Shown: positions 48,732-64,000, counted from the first letter of the stretch. The stretch: 64,000 bases of DNA from Tubulanus polymorphus (GCF_964204645.1 NC_134027.1:24390560-24454559), one strand, 5' to 3'. A program made the numbers and translations. Notes: generated from the letters alone by a model not told the origin.

Positions 48732-51700
48732 ATAGTTACTGAACTATGGTCATGAACTAAACTTTGCTTATCAAACCAGGGCCATAAAACTGACCAACCT
48801 TTAATGAGGTCTGCAAAATTTATACTCGTGTTATCGAGCTATATTTACCCTGCGTGGTCACCTTATCAGAACCATAGACCAAACTTTAACTCTTTGCTCA
48901 CCAAAACAGGGCCACGAATGAAAAGTTGTACTGTAAGTTATTGCTGTTGTCTTCACAACTCTGTATTTGAGAATGAAATGATTTATGTGGAACTAATGAC
49001 ATAGTTAATGAAAGATTCATCTATCAGTGTTGCTGCTGGTGCTGGTGCAAATTACACAACTTTTGGCTGTTTGTCGCTTAAAGATTAAACTTGATCCCAG
49101 TTGGAACTGATGAGAGTTCTAGTGAGACGACAAATAAGGAAAAGCCATATAAAAAAAAGAAAAAATATAAAGCGAACTGATATAAATGCTGATATAAAGA
49201 GTGGAGTCCGAGAGCAATTCGAAGGTTTAGTGTCCTGCACGCTTAGCGAGTGGGCAGGGGTCTATTCCTACCTCGACTCAAAAAAGAAAATGAAATATAA
49301 AGAGTGGGGTCCGAGAGCAATTCGAAGGTTTAGTGTCCTGCACGCTTAGAGGGCGGGCAGGGGTCTATACCTACCTCGACTCAAGTGCTCAAAGTCAGAG
49401 AAAAGAGCAAAAACGAAAAATGGCAAACGAAGGAAAATGGCTGTTTGAGTTTGATTCGTTCCACTGGGTTCAAGTGTTAACTTGAAAAGACAATCAAATT
49501 ATAAACGGATTATCTATGATTATCTATTTAGTAAACATCAGCAGTTCATAATCAACGATTGATAAATCTTATGAATAAGGTTCCATAAAACAACTTGCTT
49601 ATATAAAACCTCTAGTAGAGAGTATAGAAATATCTAATCTAACTATCAACTGTCATTGGTCCACAACAGTTTCATAATAAGAGTGACGACTGGAATTCGT
49701 GAAGCAACATAAATAGCCATCATTCGTGTCCTTGGTTTGTGTTTGCCCTTCTCACAACATTTTGTGGTGAGTGTGGAGGTTTGGTTTGGGCTTATTTCCT
49801 CGGTTCGGGTGAACCCTCCGTGTACCTCCCCCTTCCTTACAACATTATTGATTAAGTTCGTTAAGTGCAATTGATTGAGGATTTCAATTTATATATGAAA
49901 TTGATATGATCGTGAAAAATTGCAAATTGTTATGTAGTTATTGTACAGATGAGCGGTGTCTGAGGAGGAGACAAGAGAGTTGAGGAGGCATTGAGGGAGG
50001 GCTAGGTGGGAGGGCTAGGCGGGAGGGCATTGAGGGATGGGGTGCGGGAGGATGGGAGGGAAGGGGTGCGGGAGGATGGGAGGGAAGGGGTGCGGGAGGG
50101 TGGGAGGGAAGGGGTGCGGGAGGGAAGGAGGGCGGGAGGTAAGGGGTGCGGGAGGGAAGGGCCGCGGGAGGGAAGGGGCGAGGGAGGGCGGGAGGGAAGG
50201 GGCGAGGGAGGGCGGGAGGGATGGGGTGAGGGAGGGCGGGAGGGTTGGGGTTTGGGAGGGTCGGGTCGGGAGGTTAGGTGAGTCGAAATGTTCTGATGTT
50301 TTAGTTAGACGGATGGGAATCTAGTGAAGATGAGAGAACATTAAATCACTGTTCAATCACAGGATGAAGTAATGTAGTGATCTGTAATCTGTACACAATG
50401 TTACATGTATCTGTAATCAGTATGAAATAAGTACAGCAGTTTAATCTACAGAAATCCTGTACTGTTTCTGTCTGATTGATTGATAACTTTTGAGATGTTA
50501 AATTCTGCTCTATTGTCACTGATTATTGTTTCTTTTTCTTTTAGTTAAACAGGCTCACTCATTAAAAAGTTAGGTAAGTACAAAACTCGTAATGAATTTT
50601 TCTACAGAATTCTTCACAGTCTTTCTGTTATTATTTTACTCTCATTTACAGGATGAGATACACACTGCAGCACCAGCACCAGCAGGTAAAAAACCTGTAA
50701 GAAATTTTTTTTTTAGAGAACTGTTCTATATGAAATATTATATCTGTTTATGTTTCCAGCATTCAATCACTCAAAGATCACTGCTTAGTTTGAAGTGAGT
50801 TTTCAATCGTTAAAACTCATTTATGCCCTGATCAAAGTTGGAATTATCGAGATCTTTATGTTTTTCACACATATTTTCAGTGAACAGAGCTATGGAGGTT
50901 TTTGCACCCAACAGTCAATCTCAAATACCGCTGGCTTGAAACATTAGTGAAAATGGTAAGTTTTTGATTTGGTGTGAAACTACTCTTATTTGAAACAACT
51001 TAACTGACAATTTCTAACATTTGTTTTTAGGAGCTGAAATTAGTGGAACCCTTGACAGAATCTGTGAACAGTAAACATTGGGAATTCACTTCACATTTGT
51101 TAAAGATGGACATCACTTTAGATCCTCAAAACAAAAACGGTACCTGTAAATATCTACAGATTCTAGTCTCTGTTTGACTGATCATGTTAATGAGTGAAGG
51201 CGAATTTTCAATCACTTCTATTCTGGTCAAAGATCAAATCATCAAAATTATACAACTTTTTTATTCAAGGGCCCAAAATGGAGCAGAACTTGCAGTAAAC
51301 ATTGCGCTCTACAAATCAAACACAAGTCAGAAGTGGTGAGTTTTATATCGATTTATTGCAGTAATTTGTGGTGATCTTCAAATCAAGTCCAGAAAATGAT
51401 GTGTTTTTGATCGGTCAATGTTGGCAGGTATCAACGCTTTACTAGAGGACGCAGTCTTAAAGCTACGATCAAACACCTCAGAAATCTGCATACACTCAAC
51501 ACGTTGTGATAAACTATTCATTAACCTGGTAGGTTTTCTGTTAATCGAACAAAAACAAATTGCAGTTTCTCTTTATTTCATTAACCATTTTCTGGCATAA
51601 TTTTCTCCTTCCAGAACGCAATACACCCAACACTAATTGGAGCTGGAGAAATTAAGAATGTTCACCTTCAAAGAGTGAAGAAGCTCTAGTCGTTGCTGAA

Positions 51701-53870
51701 GCTGCTATTAGTTTAAGAAACATAGTAATTTTCTCTCTATACCTGGTTCTAGCTTGTTTTAAAACTTCACACTTCAATTATTTATATATGTTTATTTTCT
51801 CAGAAAATCATCAGTTCTCTTAACTTCATGACATTATGACTCTTGGAAGTGAAATTCTGCTAGATGGCACTGAGCTAATCCGATACAAGTTTAGAAATGG
51901 TGAGTTTTTCATCACTCCACTGCTCTAAATTGATAATATTCGAACAATAAATTATTCTGTACCGAATTTTATGTGTGATTATCCGGAAAGAAGTGCGGCT
52001 GCTGCTGATGCTGCTGCTGATGCTGAATCCTCAATCAATTCTGCTCAACACTAGTTTGAAAACGATTGATTTTCTAATTGAATTTAGCCCCAATTTCTGA
52101 CTGCTATAATTTTCTTAATACGTTGCTAATTCTTTTCATAGTATAATGATTTATTGCAGCATGAAATTTGTCAAATAGAATAATTTGAAAACTGATCAGA
52201 GATTGAATATTGGTGTTGGATTATCAAGAATTATAAGGTAATTATTCATTCTAGTTTCCGAAATATTTCATGAAAACAATTCCCACTTGCCTGTTAATTC
52301 AATCGAACATTTTCAACATAATATTTGCAGACGCAAGTTTTCTCTCCCTTTCTAGGACGAAGTGGGGACCAATATTCCATTTGACAAGGACAGGGACTAG
52401 CCATCTAGCTGGAGATTGATATGCTGCCACTCATTTCCGAGATGTGTAATTTTAAAGTTTAAAGTCAAATATATTACCGGTATTATATTGTGCTGGCTGG
52501 CACGGGATGGTGACTGTTGTTCTGTTTGTGATGGTTTCATGGACTGCGTATCACATATCCATAAAAACAATTGAGTTATCCCCTGATTTGTCTCACAAAG
52601 CTGTAACGTAATTTTTGCTAACAAAGCCCGTCTCGGGCATAGAATAATGATTTAAACCTCGCTATATGCAAATTTAAAAGATTCAGAATCAAGAATCAGA
52701 ATCAAAATAGTGAAAGCAAATGAAGAAATAACTAGAACAACCTATGCCTAAAATAACAAAACCTCTCAACAAGCACTTAAACACCCTCTAGCTTTACTTT
52801 CCACTATTAACTTTTTTTCCCTCTCTATTTTTCCCTGTTTTGGTTATTTCTTCAGACTTGACGATGGTCTCTAGAGACTCTTACTTATTTTGTCGTCTAA
52901 TACTTTTAAATTTGTGTAAAGTGGGTTTTACTGAAAATTAATTAGTTTAATTTTGGAGTGAATATAGCTGTAAAGCAGCGATAATGGGTTTTCTGCCTTG
53001 CCAAGCTAATCACAATTGAGGGAATTGGAGAAAATTGGAGCTTTCTGAGATGGATCAAGGGCATGGGATAATTTACGCACTCCATGTAACTGCATTAGTT
53101 TGTAATTGTTTGTACCTCTGGACCCGGTTTCATTGGTTTGGTTGTATTAGATTTATATGATACACATGTATGATGTAAATGGACATATTTTAAGTCACTC
53201 AATCAATGAAACCAAAACTTGAATTTGTAAATGTATGAACTTGTGTGATATTGTAAATGGACATATTTTGTTAAATGGATATATTTTGTATGACTGTAAG
53301 TCCCACAATCAATGAAACCAAAAAGTTGAATATCGACAGGTTTTCTTTATTTATTATGGGACAATAATATTTCGTGCGAACTGACGTTTCTGCTTTATTA
53401 TTTGAAATAAAGATGAATTTTCTGTGTTGTTCTAGTTATGAATACAGACGCCAGCAGTTTCACACACTCAGTGCGTCACATCCCACTGGTTCAGTTTCAT
53501 AGAAATGATTTACTCAAAAAGTACCGGTATATTCATTCATTGAGTCGGTAAACTCGAATTGAGTAATTGGTTTTTTTAAGAAATTGAGCCGAGGGTCCAG
53601 TTTCACAAACCAAGTCTGAATCAAAGTGAAGTTTTATGAAATTTAGCCGAGGGTCCTTTCGACATGGAATTGTTGAATTGCAGTTGACCCTATGTACCGG
53701 TTTGTGAAACGGATCACGTGGACCCGGTTTCATAAACATAGTTTAACTCTAAAATTGATTCAAACTGAATTAAATACCGTACTAACTCGCTATTTAGTGT
53801 GCGAAACTGCAGCATTTAAAACTGATTGAAATCCTTTCGCATAAAAAGCCAAATCCTACCTAGGGCAGCT

Positions 53871-54025
53871 CAGGGGCGTAGCCACCTAAAATTCAATGGT
53901 GCGAGAATCCGGAGCGCACATCCAAACGAGCGCGTAAGGCGCGATGTCCAGAAGGGTGGTTGAGGGGCCCTCCCAAGAAAATTTCGATATATGTCGCAGT
54001 TGTCGCTCCGGTGGCTACGCCCCTG
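53871..54025. mobile_element. hAT-like MITE
   Basis: TIR caggggcgtagccacc / ggtggctacgcccctg. TSD not evident. Confidence 0.6.
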
Positions 54026-54545
54026 TGGATACGGTTTCACAGATATGATTAACTTAAAGAGCAGATGAAAAAATTAATCGACATGTACTTGGCCTTTTGT
54101 CAGACTTGATCCCGCTTGAACACAAATTTCTTCACAAATTCAGTTTTAAAGTTGATTGTGTTGTGAAACTACGGTCCCTGGTGTTGGGCACATGAAATTG
54201 TTCATTTAGTCTTCGCGAGGATTCATACCCTGGCATTCGAGGATTCATTGACTTTACCCTGGGTGGTGAAGCTTTCATTTTCCGTTTTCATAAGTAACGC
54301 GCATAGCTTTAGTATTTGGTGTGGCCAAAGCTTTTTATGACAAATACATGTTAACAAGGTTGTAAAACAATGCTACAAAATAAAGAGACAAATGTTGCTG
54401 TTTGCGTCTTGTTATTTAAACATTTTTCGGAAAAAAAGCCAGACTATTCGGGGTGAAACCGGGGCACCCCTGGTTCATCCTCAGCATCAGGACCACTGAA
54501 ATCAGGAGTCGTAATTTCTGGGATCGAACCCGGGACATCCGCCTA

Positions 54546-54805
54546 GTTTATCAACGATGCTATGATCGCCATCTATTGGAATTTGGCTGAACTGACTAGA
54601 CAGCTCTTACATGTCCCACTGACTTTTATCCGGTAAAATCACACTCGCCATCTGGTGGATATAACCATCATTAGACTGTAGTTGCATAGGAATCCACCAG
54701 GTGGCGAGTGTGATTTTACCGGATAAAGTCAGTGGGACATGTAAGAGCTGTCTAGTCAGTTCAGCCAAATTCCAATAGATGGCGATCATAGCATCATTGA
54801 TAAAC
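54546..54805. repeat. Near-perfect inverted repeat (~115-bp arms, ~31-nt loop)
   Basis: 54546-54660 is the reverse complement of 54692-54805 with only a few differences. Confidence 0.9.
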
Positions 54806-56567
54806 AGAAGTTAGCACATAACAGAAATGACTTATTTTGACTATGCATGGAGATTCAAAAAAAAAACTATAGCAAATACTTATCAGAGTAATCATTCTGA
54901 CAACTGCAATCATTAATTGCCACTTTTCAGAGTGAAAATTTATCGAAGGCGAAGTGCGTTGAATGCGCGCGGCCGTAAAATGCCTGCGGTTATCTGGGTA
55001 TTCTCGGAGCCAACCCGTTATCGCCTTCATTATAATAATCCAAATAAATTCAAATTGAATTGTATTGTTCCAAAATGAATCATCGAAGATTTGACGCCCG
55101 AGCTTTTCTATAAACAATTACTGGATTATTTACCCACTCGGTAAGCTTAATTGATAAGATCATTTGATGAATATTGTGTAACAACAACCCCACCCCAACT
55201 GGTGGCAACTAATTACTCTGTCTAACGAACGTTAAAGTAGTAAATGAATGGTCACTTCTTCCACAGCTTCCTTATCCTTAGTTAGTTACCTAATCGTTGG
55301 TGGTAAGCTTTTTATAATCGGATGGGCTTATACCAACGTTAGGGATGACAAGGACCAAAACACGGTTGAAAAAAGTAACACTTCAAAAATATATTTTCTA
55401 TTCACTTCAGTCCACAATTAATGGCTTTATTCACAAACTAACACAGGTACCTTTCGAAATAATCCAATTTTATGTATGTTTCGAGTGATTAATCAACATT
55501 ATTTTGAGAAATTAATTAAATTCTCCACAAATTTCGCCATTGGCCGCCATTTCTCTGTATTGCACATGTGGCATGATAAGACAAGGGGACCTACAAGGAT
55601 TTATATAAAACTTCCAAGACGAAACGACAATTTTTATTTTTGATGGTTTTCCAACTTTCATTTCAAGTCTTCGTGTTTTCCATAATAAATAATAAAATAA
55701 TAAATTTCTGGTATAAGAAAAATGTGAATAAGTGTTGATTTTTTAATTTTTTTAAATTTCGTCGTTTCGCTTTGTTAGTTTGTGCTGTTGTCCTGGCCTC
55801 AGTCCACAGGTGCCAGTATCTCCAGTAATTTTCAAAATGGCAGCTGTTGACTGGACGGAAATTTACTCTCACTTTACGGCCGATTTGCACATGGATTAAG
55901 ATCGTCAGGTGAGGTGTTATAGGTATCAGACAAACTACTAATCTGTTGTGCGTCGATTACAACAAAAATGAGACAGATATCTTAAGAGACAATGAAATGC
56001 CAGGCAAATTACTCGTCAGTCAAATTGGCTGACGAAGATTTCATACAAAAATGACCTTCCCATTCCTGACTGTGGTTTGTGAAAATATCCGATCGTGAAA
56101 CTAAACCACAGTCAGGTTACTGACTACCTTATCCTGTTCTTCATTCTCTTCATTCATCAACCAACCAAAACCTCTTGCCAAACTCGGGTCTGATTTGATC
56201 ATTGGCGATTCATTCTTAAATAAGAAAACTTATCTCGATATGTTAGGTTGAGGCGGTGATTCGGTCAAGACTCGTTTGTCGGATTGAAGGACACTTTTTT
56301 TGCTGACGAGGGCTCTGCCTACGCGCGGGGGGTTGATGATGATATACGATATAGGGTTTAACTGCGGTTTAATTTGGTCATCTTTCCACTGTGTGGCGCT
56401 AGTATTGCTAAAGAATAGTGTTATAGTTAGGTAATGGTTAGGTAAACCGAAGGGACGCCTCAACTGCTCGCTCTTGACCCAAGAGCAGAAATCAGGTGCT
56501 GTGGAAATTGTTTACATTTTGTCAGATTTTTTACTTCTAGAAGCTCGGTGCCCGCTCATCAATCATC

Positions 56568-58492
56568 ATGGCCGCTCGGCACGAGATGAAACGAACGCAC
56601 AAATCAGCAGCGACGCGTGGCGATCGTCTGAACGTGATCGCGCGATTCTGGAGTAAACCTACCCCGCATCGGATACACATCGTCGACAAGGGGCCGAAAT
56701 CGGGCGTCGTCATCGTCGCCGAATCGAAGGACATCGCCGCCTGGTGGATCAGTACGTTCAAGACGGCGTACCCGCAGGATAAAGGCGCGGAGTCGGGCTC
56801 GATTGTGAAGCTGCGCCCCGAACCGGGTGTGTCGTTGAAAGTCAACTCGAAAGACGGTAGTTTGTGCATCGGCGGACGGAATCATTGGGTTTGGTTCACG
56901 GAGAATTTCGAAACGATTCTCGACAGCGGTTTGTACATCGACGCCGTCGACGGTCACACCGGTCAGTTCCGGTACAGCGAGTTGATGGAGGTGCTCGATA
57001 AAGAGTTGGATATGGGAGACGATATGGAGGTATGTCTATAGGGGTGGAGTGAACCAAAACATAGGCAATGTGAATATCAAAGGGTTCATAGTGGTCCTTG
57101 AAAGTCATGAAATGGGAATGGGACAATTCAAGGCCTTGAGTCATGGAGTGGCCTCTAAAATCCTTGAATCAGAATGACATCCTTACCCCACTAATATATT
57201 TTGAAAACTTTTGGTCAAATACAATCGATTGTAGAGGCCTGCATTATAGGCCTATCAGATCTTGGTCATTGTATCATTTGGTCTAGTTCACTAGTCTGGT
57301 AAGAATTTGGTTTAGTTCACACTAGTCTGGTAAGAATGATAGTCATTGGAGAACAGAGGTAATTCTAAAGCGGTCATTTTAATTCAGTCAAGGATGTGTC
57401 CTGGGACCTGATTGATAGACAGTACTTATATGTATATTAACAGTTAGTACAATTCAAATCGGGTCATGTAATTTGGATCAAAATGAAATGGGGTCAAAAG
57501 GTCTTTGAAAGTCATGGAATGAGACTGGTCATGTAGACTATGAACCCTGATATGAGAATAATCAAATTCATTTTTTGCAGATGGTGATGCTGATTAAAGA
57601 TCTGCCGCGGGCCGGGGCCGTGCGCAACGGTCCGAAATACATCTACATATTCTGGAAAGCGTTGCTGCACCGGTGGATGACGCAGAGCGCCGAGATCACG
57701 ATCGCGACGCCGAAACTTGACGCGCGACGCCTCGCCGAGATCTACCTGCTCGCGATACGCAACCACCTGGCATCGTTCCGGGCGCGTCTCGTCACGCAGA
57801 AAATCTGCGACGGCCGGCTGCACTTCAAACGCGTGCAGAAAGACGCGATCGCGATCATGCAGAAAGTGCGCGGCCTCTCGGGCAAAAAGGGCTTCGTGAC
57901 GAACGAGAAGATCAAATGGGCGTTGAACGCCGTGCGCGTCGCGTTCATGACGTTCAATTGTAATTTCATCTCGGGGGCGGTCAGCGACGAACGCAACGAG
58001 ATCCTCGTCACGTCGGCCGCTTTCCACGCCGACAACTTCGCCGTCAACAAACGCGACTCGGTTTGTTTCTCGCGTATGACGCGTCGCGGACTGTCCGAGT
58101 TTTACCTGCAACCGTTGGGCGTCGAGCCGATCACCGCGCAGACCGGGCGTCTGCCGCGTACGAACGAGCCGCCGATTAATTACGACACGATCAAAGCGTC
58201 GTACGCCTCGAACGCGTCGCTCGCGTCATTCGACCCGGACGCGATGGCCAGTCACCAGATCAGTTTCGACACCGAGTGGTCGGGCTCGACGGCGACGCGC
58301 GACGACGCCGACCTCGCCGACTGCGAGACTATCGACCGGAAACTCGAGGCGAAGAAGCTCGCCGCCGATTTAGAACTCGACGAAGTGAACAAGTTTTCGG
58401 CGGAACTCGACGCGAAGTTGGTGAAAAAACGAACCCATTCGTTTTCGTCGTTTAAACTGGCGCAATCGATGGGTTCTTTAGATTCTATCTAA
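56568..58492 (+). CDS. Uncharacterised two-exon protein (~457 aa) with a degenerate PLD-like domain
   Basis: Exons 56568-57029 (donor GAG|gtatgt) and 57581-58492 (acceptor ttttttgcag|ATG) join in phase 0. Codon usage is GC/CpG-rich like the other exons here. Upstream acceptor at 56540 and a probable UTR exon ending at 55908 (cag|gtgagg). Confidence 0.8.
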
Positions 58493-58567
58493 ACTCGCTC
58501 AATCGATGGGTTCTTTAGATTCTATCTAAACTCGCTCAATCGATGGGTTCTTTAGATACTATTTAGA
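58453..58567 (+). repeat. 37-bp triplication spanning the stop codon of the uncharacterised gene
   Basis: aaactcgctcaatcgatgggttctttagattctatct x3. Confidence 0.85.
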
Positions 58568-59585
58568 TGTGAAAGAGTTGAAGTATATATTTTAAACCCC
58601 ATGGTGCAGTCTCAAGAAAAATTCTAGCATTCCTTCATTGGTCTAGGGTCGGGGAAATATAGAGGAATTTTCAAATTCCTGATCTGTAAGAAGCCTGAAA
58701 CTCTTATTGTGGAGTCCAAAAATGGTAGTCGTACCATAAGCTATTATTCTAATGCCTTAAGACTTAAGTAAGATTTAAGGATTGAAAATCAGTTCAGGAG
58801 AAAAACAAGTTTGAATCAGGTTGTGTCAATAGTGAGTCTCTACAATATCATATTCATACACAAATTTATGCAAACTGAATAAATTTTAAACTCGTACAGT
58901 AGACTCTGCTTATCTCGGGATATTTATTGGAATATTTTTTTCTCATGTGTAGGGAGGGTATCATCCAACTCGGATATTCTCGAGATACACAGTGAAAATT
59001 TGCACTGTCCAAAAAAAATCATACTCGAGCGCGGTCTACATTGTATTCGTCCATCTTAAACAAGGCACATTCCAATTATCATGAATAAAATTGATGTTCG
59101 TCCACAAGTTTTCATCCACTGATCACTAAAATATGCGGTGTCACCTTTTCAGGGTCAAATTCCATCCAAACTTAGATGAAAAATGGCGGTTTGTCCCTCC
59201 CTTGTTTGTCCAATGAAATTTTCGTCCACTGATCACACAAGTATATGAATGTATTTTATCAGTTTTATTTATACGTGCTATATTGGTAATATATTCTATA
59301 CACTTCGATGTACATTTTAATGTTTATGTAAATCTATGTATGCGTCTATGGATGTTTTGTATATTTTGCTTCCGATCCATAGTTTTATGATGCGAAAGTT
59401 TTGGTAAATAAAATATTGCATTCCTACATATAGTAAACTTGTATGTCATTGACTTTTGATGTGGATGCAGTTTCATCAGTTACGAAGATCGTCTCTGGAA
59501 CCATTTAATTCATGATTATCGCGACTGATATCATTCCTCCAAGTACGGACAGAAAGCTCGACATGTCTGCAGAAATTGATTAATT

Positions 59586-60280
59586 CAGTGGAACCTCGTT
59601 ACAACGAACTTCAGGAGACCAGAAAATCTGTTCGTTATAACCGATAGTTCACTGTTATATCCAGTATGAAATTACAATGGAACCTCGTTACAACGAACTT
59701 CAGAAGACCAGAAAATCTGTTCGTTATAACCGATAGTTCACTGTTATATCCAGTATGAAATTACAATGGAACCTCGTTACAACGAACTTCAGGAGACCAG
59801 AAAATCTGTTCGTTATAACCGATAGTTCACTGTTATATCCAGTATGAAATTACAATGGAACCTCGTTACAACGAACTTCAGGAGACCAGAAAATCTGTTC
59901 GTTATAACCGATAGTTCACTGTTATATCCAGTATGAAATTACAATGGAACCTCGTTACAACGAACTTCAGGAGACCAGAAAATCTGTTCGTTATAACCGA
60001 TAGTTCACTGTTATATCCAGTATGAAATTACAGTGGAACCTCGTTACAACGAACTTCAGAAGACCGGAAAATCTGTTCGTTATAACTGATAGTTCACTGT
60101 TATATCCAGTATGAAATAACAGTGGAACCTCGTTACAACGAACTACAGGAGACCAGAAAATCTGTTCCTTATAACCAATTGTTCAGTTATATCCAGTATG
60201 AGATTACAGTGGAACCTCGTTAGAACGAACTTCAGACCAGAAAATATGTTCGTTGTAACTGACGGATCACTTTTATCCAG
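59586..60280 (+). repeat. 89-bp tandem array (~8 units) built from a pogo/Tc1-like MITE end
   Basis: Unit starts at 59586, 59675, 59764, 59853, 59942, 60031, 60120, 60207, each (ta)ca(g/a)tggaacctcgttacaacgaac. Confidence 0.9.
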
Positions 60281-61302
60281 GATGGAGTTACTGGCAAGTA
60301 AATGGGTTCCAACCCAGTATAGTACCTCCACCAAAGCTGGTTCTTGGGTCTCACCCATCATAGCCCAGTTTATCGGTCATCAGTCCTCTGATGCCTCTCC
60401 TTGTAGGTTCTGCAAAACTGTCGATAACCAGTGATGTTATCAGAAATAGAAACAGGAAAATTTCAGTAAACGATTACGTAGATGGAATGATAAACAAGAT
60501 TCTGCCAAAAGAACTGAAGAGGAAAACGTTTCGTAGTAAATTTTCTACAAAGGTATACAGTAGCTTTATTTGCAAGTCGATCATGATTATTTATTTACAA
60601 AGTTTTTGAACACAATTCGGGATATCTCTCACTTCATACAAATATAATCAACAGTCAGTTCCAATATCTTCTACAATCTACACTAGCGACTAATAAATGC
60701 ATATTAATTGAATATACATAAGAAATGCACAATTGTTTCACACAATTTTAAGTACATAGATCATCACCTGAACACTATCGGTAACAATATACAAAATGCA
60801 AATTGTGTTTATTTCAAAAATATGAGGTACATACCGGTAGGTGCAATTATCGAGGTATCAAAGTCTTTACCTTACTCAGTGTAGTCGAGCACTAATTCAA
60901 GTACAGTTCAAAGTAAATTACAATACAGAGATGATTTTCCCGGACCAGATCATACCTGCAGGTCGCAAGACGTCACCTCTGGTAATCACCCACAATAATT
61001 TGACCCGTGCTTAAATTTTCGACGTTAACTGTGGGACCAACTTTGTCCCGCGTCAAAACAAGCATTTGGAAACGGTGTAAACAGTTGGCCTGGGTCAAAA
61101 ACGTTCGCGTGATCACGAATAGTCTGAACACAATATTCACGCAAATATTGACTCATAAAAGACCGAACTTTACACAGAATATTCCTTAAAGTGCGAAACA
61201 GTTTTTTTTAGAAATGTCTTTCGTAATCCTTAGTCCGAGTGAGGAGGATACGCTTTGGAAATTCTTCACAGATCGAGCTCGCTCCTCCGTCTAGAGTGAA
61301 TC

Positions 61303-63789
<2,487 letters not shown>

Positions 63790-64000
63790 CTACACATTAT
63801 ACAAACATTACAAATCATGACGACATCATCTTTTAGAGGGTTCATAGCTTTGGAAACAGGAGGATTGGTCAGAGAATCTAAGTAGCCGAGTTGCGTAAGC
63901 CATTCAATTCCTTATTAGGTCAGGGTTTAGACTCAGCAGCCATCTTAGTAGCCGCATAAACAAGCTAAGACAGGTCTAAGTTCATTTTGGATTTTATAGT

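Larger units (their letters stand above)
44935..51814 (+). repeat. Tandem segmental duplication, copy 2 (~6.9 kb)
   Basis: Paralog of 37460-44903. It differs by substitutions and by copy-specific transposon insertions. Confidence 0.95.
45020..53412 (+). ncRNA. Putative multi-exon long non-coding transcript (partial duplicate at ~37540-44903)
   Basis: Chain of short exon-like blocks bounded by polypyrimidine-AG and GTAAGT/GTGAGT (e.g. 45199-45363, 45476-45548, 50545-50573, further blocks to ~52900). CCAAT and AAATGGCG (YY1-like) motifs at the start and AATAAA at ~53407. The blocks I joined are interrupted by stops. Confidence 0.4.

Noticed and set aside
52858-52880. ttgacgatggtctctagagac, hammerhead-like start
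   Set aside because: The core is incomplete (no CUGA, no GAAA).
59586-60280. CRISPR-like regular repeats (also 22770-23205, 39015-39210)
   Set aside because: The units are contiguous without unique spacers, there are no cas genes, and the context is eukaryotic.

Overview
AT-rich, intron-rich eukaryotic genomic DNA. An invertebrate animal, possibly lophotrochozoan, is my inference from the gene set, CpG-rich exons and repeat families. I reconstructed the exons by hand from GT-AG signals and reading frame. In order the window holds: the 5' part of tyrosine aminotransferase (TAT, minus); cytochrome b5 (plus), with two candidate terminal exons giving a membrane tail-anchor or a CaaX ending; a complete 19-coding-exon F-box DNA helicase 1 (FBH1, minus, about 1430 aa) with a 49-aa N-terminal repeat array; a single-coding-exon FMRFamide-receptor-like class A GPCR (plus); a ~7 kb tandem duplication of an apparently non-coding multi-exon unit with internal inverted repeats and G-rich tracts; an uncharacterised two-exon gene with a degenerate PLD-like motif (plus); and the 3' part of MCM2 (minus). 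Introns and intergenic DNA are full of MITEs, foldback elements and minisatellites. There are also three minimal hammerhead ribozymes in short TSD-flanked insertions. All coordinates were counted by eye and may be off by a few bases. No database searches were run.
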